64,000 nt of DNA from Actinomycetes bacterium (GCA_025463875.1 JAODBI010000225.1:1222-65221), one strand, 5' to 3'. Shown: positions 35,981 through 44,917, counted from the stretch's first letter. The notes: generated by a model from the letters alone, not told the origin. Made by a program: numbers and translations.

Positions 35981-36313
35981 CCGGGTGTCTCGGGGACGTG
36001 TCTCCGGGGACCGGTCCGGTACCGGACACGTTCCTCTCGGTCGACCTGCGGGACCGCGCGGTCGATCGACGCCGCCGTCGCCGAGATGGAGGGACCGGTG
36101 CACGCGACGTTCAGCGTCGGCGGGCTCGCCGGACCGCCCTCCTCCGACCTCGAGACGATGATCGTCAACTTCATCGGCGCCCGGCACGATGCCGGCGTTC
36201 GAGGAAGCGAACGGCACTGACCTGACCGACGCGTTCATCGGACCGACCAGCTGAAGGTCGAGCTGCCCGGCTGAGCGGTCTATGCGTGTCCTCGGACGCG
36301 ACTGCTCATGGGT

Positions 36314-38503
36314 CTAGCGCCGGGCGATGCCGTCGCGCTCGAGAAGATCGGAGAGCTCGGCGTCGATCTCGTCGTCGTCGGTGCCTTCGATGTGGATGTT
36401 CGGCAGGATGCGGGCGAGCCACCGTGGCAGCCACCAGTTCGCGTCGCCGAGGAGCTCCATCGTCGCCGGCACGAGGATCATGCGAACGAGCGTCGCGTCG
36501 ATCAGGATCGCGGCGGCCAGGCCGAGTCCGAACTCCTTGATGACACGCTCGCCGCCGAGGACGAACGATCCGAAGACGCACACCATGATCGCGGCCGCGG
36601 CGGTGATGACGCGTGCCGTGTGCGCGAGGCCGTCGGCGACGGCTTCGGCGTTGTTGCGAGTCTTGTCGAACTCTTCCTTGATCCGGCTGAGCAGGAAGAT
36701 CTCGTAGTCCATGCTGAGACCGAAGATGACGGCGAACATCATCATCGGAATGAAGCTCTCGATCGGGCCCTTCTTCCCGATCCCGATGAGACCGGCGCCC
36801 CAACCCCACTGGAAGACGGCGACGAGCAATCCGTAGGCCGCACCGATCGACAAGACGTTCATGATCACTGCTTTGAGTGGCACGACGAGTGAGCGGAACA
36901 CCACGAGCAACAACAGGAACGACAGACCGAGCACGACCAGCATGAAGATCGGCAGGTGCGAGCCGAGGAAGCTCGACAGGTCGGCGAAGGTCGCGGTGTT
37001 GCCGCCGATGTGCACGACGAGGCCGGTTCCCGCGACGGCGGCGGGGATGACGTGCGAGCGCAGATTGTGCATCAGCGCGACCGTCTTCTGGTCCTGAGGA
37101 CCGGTCGTGGGAAAGACCTGCAGGACCGCCGCCGTGCCCGAGGGACCGACCCGGGGCGGCGTGACCTCCGCGACACCGGGCACGCGCGCGATCGCGTCGT
37201 GCAACGCGGGCAGCGCCGCCGCGGCGCCCTGGTTCGGGACTTCGACGGCGATCAGCAGCGGACTGTTGAACCCGGGCCCGAAACCCTTGGCGAGGAGGTC
37301 GTAGGCGACGCGGGTGGTGTCGCTCTTCGGATTGTTCCCCGCGTCGGAACTGCCGAGCGTGATCGAGAACACCGGCAGCGCGAGCACGACCAGGATGACG
37401 AGACCCACGCCCGCCGAAGTCCACGGCCGGCGTTGGATGAGCCGGCTCCAGCGGTACGCGACAGTGGTGCGCCCGCTCTGGGTGCTGCGCTGCGTCCACG
37501 GGAGCGCGAGCTTGTCGATCTTGGGACCGACGAAGCCGAGCACCGCGGGCAGCAGGGTCACCGACGCGGCCATCGTGAACACGACCGCGAGCGATGCACC
37601 GACCGCCAATCCCCGCACGAAGGAAAGACCCATCGCGAACATTCCGAGCAACGAGATCACGACCGTCGATCCCGCGAACAGCACGGCCTTGCCCGAGGTC
37701 GTGACCGACTTGACGATCGCACGTTCCGGATCGAGGCCGGCATGGAGTCCCTGTCGGTAACGGGTCACGATGAACAGCGCGTAGTCGATGCCGACGCCGA
37801 TGCCGATCATCGCCGCGAGGATGCTCGCGAAGCTCGGCATCGAGAACACGTTCGCGAGCAAGCTCACGCCCGCGAGCCCGACGCCGATGCCGAAGAGCGC
37901 GGTGAGGATGGGCAGACCCATCGCGAGGACCGAGCCGAACGCGATCAACAAGATGATCATCGCGGCGAGCACACCGACCAGCTCGGTGCCACCCGGCGGC
38001 GTACGGCTCTGGAACATGTTGCCCGACAGCGCGACATCGAAGCCCGGCGCGCCGGCTTTGGCGGCCACGTTCTTCACCTGAACCGCGTCGGCCGACTTGA
38101 GTTTGTCGATGTTCTGGTCGAAGTGCACCTGCGCGAATGCGACCGTGCCGTCATGCGAGATCTGGTTCGCACCCTGCGCGCTGTACGGGCTCGTCACCTC
38201 GACGACGTGCGGCGTGCGCGCGATCTGGTCGAACAGGGCCTTCGCCCGTTGTTCTACCGCCGGGCTCCTGACGCCCGCGGGCGAAGAGACCACGACCTCA
38301 CCCGTCGCGCCCGACTCCGTCGCGAAGCGGTCGGCAAGGAGGTTCTGCGCGCGTTGCGAGTCGCTCGCCGGAAGCTTGAAGCTCATCGACGACTTGCCGC
38401 CCACGGCCGAGCTCGCGACCTGGCTGCCGATCAGCAGCACGATCCAGAGCCCGAGGACGAGTCGTCGACGGCGATAGCACCAATGCGCCAGGCGACTCAG
38501 CAT
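36314..38503 (-). CDS. MMPL family (RND superfamily) transporter
   Basis: ATG 38503 is preceded by AAGGAG (MLSRLAHWCYRRRRLVLGLWIVLL). It has two 6-TM bundles, each followed or preceded by a large soluble loop, which is the typical MMPL layout. About 729 aa. Confidence 0.92.
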   Translation of the reverse strand: MLSRLAHWCYRRRRLVLGLWIVLLIGSQVASSAVGGKSSMSFKLPASDSQRAQNLLADRFATESGATGEVVVSSPAGVRSPAVEQRAKALFDQIARTPHVVEVTSPYSAQGANQISHDGTVAFAQVHFDQNIDKLKSADAVQVKNVAAKAGAPGFDVALSGNMFQSRTPPGGTELVGVLAAMIILLIAFGSVLAMGLPILTALFGIGVGLAGVSLLANVFSMPSFASILAAMIGIGVGIDYALFIVTRYRQGLHAGLDPERAIVKSVTTSGKAVLFAGSTVVISLLGMFAMGLSFVRGLAVGASLAVVFTMAASVTLLPAVLGFVGPKIDKLALPWTQRSTQSGRTTVAYRWSRLIQRRPWTSAGVGLVILVVLALPVFSITLGSSDAGNNPKSDTTRVAYDLLAKGFGPGFNSPLLIAVEVPNQGAAAALPALHDAIARVPGVAEVTPPRVGPSGTAAVLQVFPTTGPQDQKTVALMHNLRSHVIPAAVAGTGLVVHIGGNTATFADLSSFLGSHLPIFMLVVLGLSFLLLLVVFRSLVVPLKAVIMNVLSIGAAYGLLVAVFQWGWGAGLIGIGKKGPIESFIPMMMFAVIFGLSMDYEIFLLSRIKEEFDKTRNNAEAVADGLAHTARVITAAAAIMVCVFGSFVLGGERVIKEFGLGLAAAILIDATLVRMILVPATMELLGDANWWLPRWLARILPNIHIEGTDDDEIDAELSDLLERDGIARR

Positions 38504-38563
38504 CGCGGGGCTCCTTCTGACGGGGGGAACAGAGAGGGGCGGCGAGAACCCTAGGGACAATCG

Positions 38564-38576
38564 TTGATTGAGTCAA
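38564..38576. promoter_or_regulatory. Near-palindrome TTGATTGAGTCAA in the AT-rich MMPL/MarR divergent region (candidate MarR operator)
   Basis: 5 of 6 half-site pairs are complementary around a central G. It sits in the only AT-rich patch between the two divergent starts (38503 and 38655). Confidence 0.35.
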
Positions 38577-38654
38577 ATAATGAGTGGGGGTATGATTCGC
38601 GTCAGGCGACGGCGCCTCCCGGTCCGGTCGTACGTTGCGCGGGGGGAAGGCTTC

Positions 38655-39116
38655 ATGAAGGTGAAGGTGGCATCGGAAAAGGACGTGCGACTCGTCGAGC
38701 TCGTGATCGCGCTCTTCGACGAGTTCCGCGAGCACGCGAACACCTGCATGGCCGCTTTCGACCTCTCCGCCGCGCACGCCGCGGCATTACTTCGGCTCGA
38801 CACGCCGCTCTCGCAGCGCGAGTTGGCGGATTGTCTGAAATACGACGCGTCGAACATCACGGGGATCGTCGACACGCTCGAGCAACGCGGCCTCGTCGAA
38901 CGCCAGGTCGATCCGGCCGACCGTCGTGTCCGCCGGCTCGTGGTGACCGACGAAGGAAGCCGGGTCCTCGTCCACCTCCGGAAATGCTTCGAGGAAGCCT
39001 CGCTCGTCAGCCGACTCGGCGACGACGAGCGGGCGCAACTGCGCGCGCTCTTGACCAAAGCCGTCGGCGACCGTACGAACACGAGCTGGGCCGAGATGCT
39101 CCGCGGACGGCGGTGA
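38655..39116 (+). CDS. MarR family transcriptional regulator
   Basis: ATG 38655 is preceded by GGGGGAAGG. Winged-HTH pattern: LSQRELADCLKYDASNITGIVDTLEQRGLVERQVDPADRRVRRLVVTDEG. Confidence 0.88.
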   Translation: MKVKVASEKDVRLVELVIALFDEFREHANTCMAAFDLSAAHAAALLRLDTPLSQRELADCLKYDASNITGIVDTLEQRGLVERQVDPADRRVRRLVVTDEGSRVLVHLRKCFEEASLVSRLGDDERAQLRALLTKAVGDRTNTSWAEMLRGRR

Positions 39117-39147
39117 GCTGACCGGCTCGAGGCCGGCCGCCTCGGGC

Positions 39148-39687
39148 CTACTCCCCCGTTTGGCCGTCCACCGACTCGCGGATGAGGTCGGCGTGGCCGT
39201 TGTGCCGCGCGTACTCCTCGATCATGTGGACCAGGATCCATCGCAGGCTGGGGGCATCACCACCCGGCCAGGTCCGCTCCGACAACTGCTCGAGTTCGCC
39301 GTCGGACAGCGCCTTGGCGACGAGCGCCCGGGATCCGTCCACGGCGTCCTGCCACAGTTCCCGGAGCTGCGCAGGAGTGTCGTCGGCGGCCGAGTGCCAT
39401 TCCCAATCGGGGTCGGCGTCCCAATCGACGGTGTCGAACGGTGGCTGTCGATTCCGGCCGAACAACCAGCGCGAGAACCAGTTCTCCTCGACGTAAGCCA
39501 TGTGCTTGAGCATGCCGCCCAGCGTCATCGACGACGCGCCAACCGTCGCCGCGAAGCCGGCCGCATCGAGTCCCGCGCACTTCCACGCCAGAGTCGCGCG
39601 CTGGTATTCGAGGAAGCCCACGAGTGTCGTGATCTCGTCGCCCGCGAGAGGAGGTTCTGGGCGACCCTGCTCGTCGACGCGTGTCAT
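39148..39687 (-). CDS. DinB family protein (DUF664 / mycothiol-transferase-like four-helix bundle)
   Basis: ATG 39687 (MTRVDEQGRPEP..). Motifs FLEYQRATLAWKCAGL, LKHMAYVEENWF and HMIEEYARHNGHADLIRE are characteristic of DinB_2/DUF664. Confidence 0.85.
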   Translation of the reverse strand: MTRVDEQGRPEPPLAGDEITTLVGFLEYQRATLAWKCAGLDAAGFAATVGASSMTLGGMLKHMAYVEENWFSRWLFGRNRQPPFDTVDWDADPDWEWHSAADDTPAQLRELWQDAVDGSRALVAKALSDGELEQLSERTWPGGDAPSLRWILVHMIEEYARHNGHADLIRESVDGQTGE

Positions 39688-39844
39688 ACGCGACGAATCT
39701 AGCGGTGGCGCCGCGCACGACATGCGTTCGAGCGGCGCGATCAGACACTCGACAGGACCGGTCGCGAGAGGACCGGCCGGCTCACCTTCACCGATAGTGA
39801 CGAACGGCCGCGCCGCGACCCGTTCCCGCGGTCGTGCTCTCGGA

Positions 39845-40906
39845 CTACGGACGACGTCCGGACAGCGCGGCGACCAGTTCCCGCCGGCTGCCGATGCCGA
39901 ACTTGTCGAACACGGCGCGCAAGTGTTCCTGCACGGTGTTCGACGAGATGTGCAGTTCGTTCACGATCTGTCGCGTCGATCGGCCCTGCAGGACCAGGAC
40001 GGCGACTCGGCTCTGCGCCGCGGTGAGCCCACGCGCCGCGAGCATCAGCGAGCTCAGCTGCGACTCGTTCGCGGCGTCGAGAATCACGGCGACCTGATTG
40101 CCGGCCGCCCCGATGAGGGGGGACGCGTGCATGGTGAGCCAGCCACCTTCTGCTCGTCGAAGTCGCGTCACCGCCGGCGCGGCGTCGTGTTCGTGCCCCA
40201 GTACGTGCGCCGCCGACGCGTAGATGGGCAACGGGAGGTCGAGGTGCGCGGGCCAGTCGGCACCGCGCAGTTGGGACAGCCATCGTTGCGCCTGTGGGTT
40301 CACCGAGATGACCGACAGATCGTTGTCGAGGACGATGACTCCGGGGCCTTCGGCGATCGCGTCGGCGGGGGCGAATGCGGAGAACAGGGCGGTGCCTCTG
40401 CGCAGACCCTCCCCGAGATGCGGTGCGAGGCGCCGGACCAACGACATCTCTCGTCGGTCGAAACCCTGCTGCGCGGATTGTCGATGCAGGCAGAGGACAC
40501 CCCAGCATCGTCCGCCCGACATCAGCGTGACGCGCAGCTCGTCTCCCAGTCCGAGCGGGCGAATCACTTCCCGGTAGCGCGCGCTCGCCATCCGGTCGCC
40601 GGCGGTCGCGTGATCGAGAGTTCCCACCGAATCGGTCGCGCCGGCCAAGTCCGCAAACTTGTTCACGTCGTCGCGACCGAATTCGTTGTCGAGAAACAGC
40701 GGCGTCGCCGCGGCGAGCGGTTCTTCGGACAGCGCGCCCGTGAACAACAACGTTGCCGGATCGACGGTGGCGAAGAACGCGGCGTCGACACTCACGAGCG
40801 CGCGCAACAACCGGAGCGACTGCCGGCGGAACTCGGGCACGTCGAGACCGGCGTTGCCGAGCCGTTCGATGTCGGCCGCACCACGTTCCCACCGTGCGTC
40901 GCTCAC
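39845..40906 (-). CDS. LuxR-family transcriptional regulator with N-terminal GAF-like sensor region
   Basis: 353 aa. C-terminal HTH: LTAAQSRVAVLVLQGRSTRQIVNELHISSNTVQEHLRAVFDKFGIGSRRELVA. Confidence 0.85.
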   Translation of the reverse strand: MSDARWERGAADIERLGNAGLDVPEFRRQSLRLLRALVSVDAAFFATVDPATLLFTGALSEEPLAAATPLFLDNEFGRDDVNKFADLAGATDSVGTLDHATAGDRMASARYREVIRPLGLGDELRVTLMSGGRCWGVLCLHRQSAQQGFDRREMSLVRRLAPHLGEGLRRGTALFSAFAPADAIAEGPGVIVLDNDLSVISVNPQAQRWLSQLRGADWPAHLDLPLPIYASAAHVLGHEHDAAPAVTRLRRAEGGWLTMHASPLIGAAGNQVAVILDAANESQLSSLMLAARGLTAAQSRVAVLVLQGRSTRQIVNELHISSNTVQEHLRAVFDKFGIGSRRELVAALSGRRP

Positions 40907-40973
40907 GAGAACACGTTAGGTGTCACGCCCGGCACTGCAACCTCAGCCGGCACCGGGCCCGCGCTACACGCGG

Positions 40974-41399
40974 TCACGAACCTTCGACGACGCCGAGTTG
41001 ACGGAGGAAACCGAGGTCGTCGAGGCGTCCCCATCGCTCGACGATGCGGCCGGCGCGCAATCGGAAGATGTTGATACCCGGCAGCGCGACGGTCCGGCCC
41101 GACGCCGCGACACCCATGATGGCGGTTCCGGTGTGCGTCCCGGAAGCCGTGAACAACTCCACGACGACGTCTCCCTCGGCGACGAGGAGATGCAGATCAC
41201 TGTGCCAGTCCGGAAACCCCGACCGGAACATCGCTGCGGCCTCGCGCATCCCTTCCCGGTCGGCGCTCGCGCCGAACGGCGGATCGTGGTTCACGAAGTC
41301 GTCGGCGAGGTACACGTCCGCCGCATGCAGGTCGCCCTTCGTGAAGAGCCCGGTGATGAAGTCGCTGACGATGGTCTTGTTCTGTTCGGTGCTGGTCAT
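40974..41399 (-). CDS. SnoaL-like ester cyclase family protein
   Basis: 141 aa. The pattern NKTIVSDFITGLFTKGDL..DFVNHDPP...GMREAAAMFRSGFPDWH...GINIFRLRAGRIVERW is typical of ester cyclase / SnoaL-like proteins. Confidence 0.85.
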   Translation of the reverse strand: MTSTEQNKTIVSDFITGLFTKGDLHAADVYLADDFVNHDPPFGASADREGMREAAAMFRSGFPDWHSDLHLLVAEGDVVVELFTASGTHTGTAIMGVAASGRTVALPGINIFRLRAGRIVERWGRLDDLGFLRQLGVVEGS

Positions 41400-41433
41400 G
41401 ACAGCGAGTGTCCGAGGTTTTGTTGCCGCGCGC

Positions 41434-41453
41434 TACCCCAACTAGTTGGGGTA
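41434..41453. promoter_or_regulatory. Perfect 20-bp palindrome TACCCCAACTAGTTGGGGTA (candidate operator)
   Basis: It is an exact reverse complement of itself. It lies 35 bp upstream of the SnoaL-like start (41399) and 178 bp upstream of the small + strand ORF at 41631. Confidence 0.5.
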
Positions 41454-41630
41454 TGCGTGTGGGACCGCGCCTGCACTGTCTGCAGTCTGTGACGGAAAGC
41501 ACCGAAACGCAGGACTATTGCTGCCCGCGCGCGGGTAAGTCGTCTGGACCCGGCGGTCGACCCGCACGGACAATCGCAACCGACACTTACCAACGAGCCA
41601 TACCTCAGGTCCCTAAAGGAAGTGATTGAC

Positions 41631-41786
41631 ATGATCATCGCCGGAGTGCTCCTCCTGCTGATCGGATTGCTGACCGGCGTCTCCATTCTGTGGACGGTCG
41701 GCGTGATCCTCGTCGTGGTCGGTGCCATCCTCTGGATCCTCGGAGCCGCGGGCCGCGAAATCGGCGGGCGTCGCCACTACTACTGA
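41631..41786 (+). CDS. Small hydrophobic membrane protein (51 aa; DUF6131-like)
   Basis: Not in the ORF track because it is under 60 aa. AAAGGAAG precedes the ATG by 8 nt. MIIAGVLLLLIGLLTGVSILWTVGVILVVVGAILWILGAAGREIGGRRHYY has two TM helices, high GC3 and a C-terminal GGRRHYY tail like small actinobacterial proteins I recall. Confidence 0.6.
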   Translation: MIIAGVLLLLIGLLTGVSILWTVGVILVVVGAILWILGAAGREIGGRRHYY

Positions 41787-41887
41787 TCTGTCGATCACAC
41801 GATCGCCGCTCGCGCGAGCGGCGTCGTCCCGTCATGGGTGGACCAGTACTCCGATGGGCAATGCTCCAATGGGCGAAGGATCGCGGG

Positions 41888-42898
41888 ATGGGTGGGTACG
41901 CTCCCAAGGTGAGTGAGTCCCCGGGCGACGGCCACCCCGGAGCGCACGACCACGTCGTGAGCTTCTACGGCGGCGACGCCGAGCTGATCGACGCGCTCAC
42001 GGGCTTCTTCGTCGAAGGACTCGAAGACGGCGGGGCCGCGATCGTCGTCGCGACCGACGACCATCGGCGTGCGCTGGAATCGGCCCTGACTCGCAGCGGC
42101 TTCTCGCTCGACGAGCTCCGCTCGAGTGGGCGTTACGAGGCTTTCGACGCGCGCGAGATGCTGACCCGGTTCATGCGCGACGGCGCTCCGGATCGCCACG
42201 CGTTCGGACGAGTTGTCTCCCCCGTCATCGCCCGCGCGGGGCACGCGGATCGCCCCGTCCGCATCTTCGGCGAGATGGTCGCGGTGCTGTGGGACGACGA
42301 CAACGTCACGGCCGCGATCGACCTCGAGGCGATGTGGAATGATCTCCACGGCCAACACCCGTTCACACTGCACTGCGCGTATCCGCTGTCGGCACTCGAC
42401 GGGGCCACGGTGCTCGGCGACGCGAAACGGGTCTGTGACGCGCATTCTCACGTCGTGTCGCTACCAGTCGCTCTCGACGGCGCGGGTCGGCTCTCGAGCG
42501 ACGACGGCGAGACGTTCGCGCGATCCTTCGTTCCGACGCTTACGGCCCCGCGCGCCGCGCGGCAATTCGCCGCCGCCGCCGTCCGTGCGCTCGGCGAGGA
42601 CCACCTAACCGTCGGCGCCACGTTGATCGCGTCGGAGCTCGCCACGAACGCGATCACGCATGGCCGATCGCCCTTCACGGTGACGATCGCACCGACCGGT
42701 TCGACGATCGAAATCACGGTGCGGGACGCGTCCGCTCACGTCCCCCGCCTCCGGCCATCCGACTCGAGCCGGGTCGGCGGGAGAGGCATCGCGCTGGTCG
42801 CCGCGATCGCAGTCGATTGGGGAACACGATCCGAACCCGACGGTAAGGCCGTCTGGGCGAGGCTCGCACGCGCGCGCGAAATGCTCTTCGGCGCGTAG
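41888..42898 (+). CDS. MEDS domain fused to an RsbW/SpoIIAB-like anti-sigma-factor kinase (HATPase_c)
   Basis: ORF open from 41690; the start is uncertain (ATG 41834/41861/41888, GTG 41909). MEDS pattern: HVVSFYGGDAELIDALTGFFVEGLEDGGAAIVVAT ... FGEMVAVLW. C-terminal kinase: LIASELATNAITHG ... GGRGIALV. Confidence 0.8.
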   Translation: MGGYAPKVSESPGDGHPGAHDHVVSFYGGDAELIDALTGFFVEGLEDGGAAIVVATDDHRRALESALTRSGFSLDELRSSGRYEAFDAREMLTRFMRDGAPDRHAFGRVVSPVIARAGHADRPVRIFGEMVAVLWDDDNVTAAIDLEAMWNDLHGQHPFTLHCAYPLSALDGATVLGDAKRVCDAHSHVVSLPVALDGAGRLSSDDGETFARSFVPTLTAPRAARQFAAAAVRALGEDHLTVGATLIASELATNAITHGRSPFTVTIAPTGSTIEITVRDASAHVPRLRPSDSSRVGGRGIALVAAIAVDWGTRSEPDGKAVWARLARAREMLFGA

Positions 42899-42953
42899 TC
42901 CGCGGACGCACGCGAGACTGCGGAAACGATCGCGGCGGCCCTGAGGCGGATAC

Positions 42954-43673
42954 CTACTCCGGGGCGGAAGGAAGCTCCCCGGTCCGCACGACGTGATCGG
43001 CGACGTCGCGAAGTTTCATGTTGATGTTCTGTGACGTCTGGCGGAGCTGTTCGAACGCCTCGTCCATCGTGAGCACGAGCCGGGTGGCGAGGATGCCCTT
43101 GGCTTGTCCGATCACCTCGCGATTCTCGAGCGCACGCGTCAGGTTCTGCGTGAGCTCGTAGGTATTGAAGTAGACCTCCGCGTTCGTGACGGCGAGCGCG
43201 GCCTGCTCGGCGAACAGTTCGGCGAGATGCACATTCGGACCCGTGAAAGTGAGCGGTCGGGAACCGTAGAGGTTGAGCGCACCCACGATGTCGGATTTCA
43301 CGCGGAGCGGCATCGACAGGGAGCTGACGATCCCGAGATCGGCCGCCGTGTCCACGAACTTCGGCCAACGCGCGGCGCAGTCCTGGATGCGTCCGACCCG
43401 CACCATCTCGCCGGTGCGGTACGCGTGAAGACAAGGGCCGTTGCCGGCTTCGTACTGCGCCTCGTCGAGAGGCAATGCCGCGTCGCCGCTATACGCGGCG
43501 GTCGCGGGCGCGCCTTGGCGTTGCAGCGTCACACCCGCGTTGTCGGCGCCGATCGGGGCCTGACACGCGAGGAACGCGACGCGCGCGAGCGTGTCGTCCA
43601 AGCTCTCCTCGTCGACCAGGGAGGTGTTGAGCGCGACGACGAGCTGGGCGAGCCCGTCCGGAAACTCGTTCAT
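42954..43673 (-). CDS. GAF-ANTAR RNA-binding antiterminator-type regulator
   Basis: ATG 43673 (MNEFPDGLAQL..). GAF domain (GNGPCLHAYRTGEMVRV..), then ANTAR (LENREVIGQAKGILATRLVLTMDEAFEQLRQTSQNINMKLRDVADHVV). Confidence 0.88.
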   Translation of the reverse strand: MNEFPDGLAQLVVALNTSLVDEESLDDTLARVAFLACQAPIGADNAGVTLQRQGAPATAAYSGDAALPLDEAQYEAGNGPCLHAYRTGEMVRVGRIQDCAARWPKFVDTAADLGIVSSLSMPLRVKSDIVGALNLYGSRPLTFTGPNVHLAELFAEQAALAVTNAEVYFNTYELTQNLTRALENREVIGQAKGILATRLVLTMDEAFEQLRQTSQNINMKLRDVADHVVRTGELPSAPE

Positions 43674-43770
43674 GGCTACCTCTCGACGGAGGCAGTCGAG
43701 TCCCTGGGTGCTCAAGGTGACGCAACTCCGGTCGAGGGAACTTAGCCGTGGACCGCCGTCCACGACGATC

Positions 43771-44073
43771 TCACGTGGTCGAAGGCGTGTACGGCTCGTT
43801 GACGTGAAGCACAGCGGTGAGGCCGAGAACGTCGAGCACACGCGCCGTCATGTCGTCGGCATTGACAACCTGGAGCTGGCGGCCCTCACGGGCGAGCGCC
43901 CGGTACATCTTGACGATGACCGCAACGCCCGAGGAGTCGATGAACGTCAGCCCGCAACAGTCGAGGACGAGGGCTTCCTCGCCCTCTCGTACCCACTGGT
44001 CGAGCTCGTGCTGGACGGCGGGCGCCGTCGCGATGTCGACGTCGCCCCGGAGGAAGAATCGTTGCGTGGCCAT
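43771..44073 (-). CDS. STAS-domain anti-sigma-factor antagonist
   Basis: ATG 44073 gives 100 aa. GDVDIATAPAVQHEL.., LVLDCCGLTFIDSSGVAVIV (the phosphorylatable DSSG motif), VVNADDMTARVLDVLGL. Confidence 0.88.
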   Translation of the reverse strand: MATQRFFLRGDVDIATAPAVQHELDQWVREGEEALVLDCCGLTFIDSSGVAVIVKMYRALAREGRQLQVVNADDMTARVLDVLGLTAVLHVNEPYTPSTT

Positions 44074-44260
44074 CTCGAGGTCTCTCTGTTCATGAATGAG
44101 AGGAGAGCCACGCTTCGACTGCCTCCGCCGACGTAGGACTATCGCAGCGCCGAGACGGAACACAACCGCGCTGGACGGAATCGTCCGGCATTCGTGCGTC
44201 GTTCGCGCGATCCGTTGTCGCGCGCCTTCCGCGTGCGTCGATCACGGGGGTTTGGGACAG

Positions 44261-44488
44261 TTACTCCGAGTCGGGTTGGTGGGGATCGTCCAAGGTGAGG
44301 CCGAGCTCGTCGAGCTCCGTTTGATCGATCTCGACGAGCTCGTCGAAGGTCTCCTCGCCGTCGTCCTCCTCGGCGGCGTCGGCGTCGCCGCTCTCGGAGA
44401 GTTCGCTGCGGGCGTCCCGCCGTTCCTCTCTTGCCAGCTCCGCCTGTTCCTCCGGACCAGGTTGGTCGTTCCGACGTCTCGCGGCCAT
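44261..44488 (-). CDS. Small highly acidic hypothetical protein
   Basis: ATG 44488 is preceded by GAGGAGGAAG. 75 aa: a basic N-terminus (MAARRRND), then a Glu/Asp-rich body ending ELDELGLTLDDPHQPDSE. I recognised no family with confidence. Confidence 0.5.
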   Translation of the reverse strand: MAARRRNDQPGPEEQAELAREERRDARSELSESGDADAAEEDDGEETFDELVEIDQTELDELGLTLDDPHQPDSE

Positions 44489-44576
44489 GGTCTTCCTCCT
44501 CATGTTCCCGACGCGGACGTGCACTCCCGGCGCGGACGCAATCGAGGTTCCGGTCGTCCGATCGCCGTCGGTTTCT

Positions 44577-44750
44577 CTAGGAGTTGTCGACCGGCTCGAG
44601 TGATTTCACGTGTTCTTCCTGCACTCGCAGGATGGCGTCCGAACCGCGGAACAACACGACCCATCCGTCTTCGCGTTGCACTTCGACGTCCTCGAAGGTT
44701 TCGGTGACGACATTGTCGGCATCTCCGTAGACCATCCGGTAGGTGGGCAT
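44577..44750 (-). CDS. Small hypothetical protein (57 aa), not in the supplied ORF track
   Basis: ATG 44750 is preceded by GGACAGGAGCG. It translates as MPTYRMVYGDADNVVTETFEDVEVQREDGWVVLFRGSDAILRVQEEHVKSLEPVDNS with TAG at 44577-44579. GC3 is high. The listed 64-aa ORF in another frame (44606..44800) looks like a shadow. Confidence 0.45.
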   Translation of the reverse strand: MPTYRMVYGDADNVVTETFEDVEVQREDGWVVLFRGSDAILRVQEEHVKSLEPVDNS

Positions 44751-44917
44751 GGCGGACGCTCCTGTCCCTCGCGTGCTGAGTTCGCTCGAGTGTTGAGCAA
44801 GTGTTGCGCGTCTTCGGCGCGATCGCTATCGGAGCGTCAACGCCCGGCTCTCGACGGAACGCGCGTCGGATCTCACCGGTCTACCCTTTCCGTATCGCCG
44901 TTACCCGAACCGGCTTC

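Noticed and set aside
36086-36220. A 44-codon, high-GC3 ORF (MEGPVHATFSVGGLAGPPSSDLETMIVNFIGARHDAGVRGSERH) in the merR-MMPL intergenic region.
   Set aside because: It has no SD and no recognisable family, and the frame stays open upstream without a start codon. It may be a remnant of a decayed gene, so it is not called as a CDS.
44606-44800. Listed 64-aa ORF (MLNTRANSAREGQERPPCPP...).
   Set aside because: Its composition and codon bias are poor. A different frame on the same strand gives a better 57-aa ORF with an SD (44577..44750).
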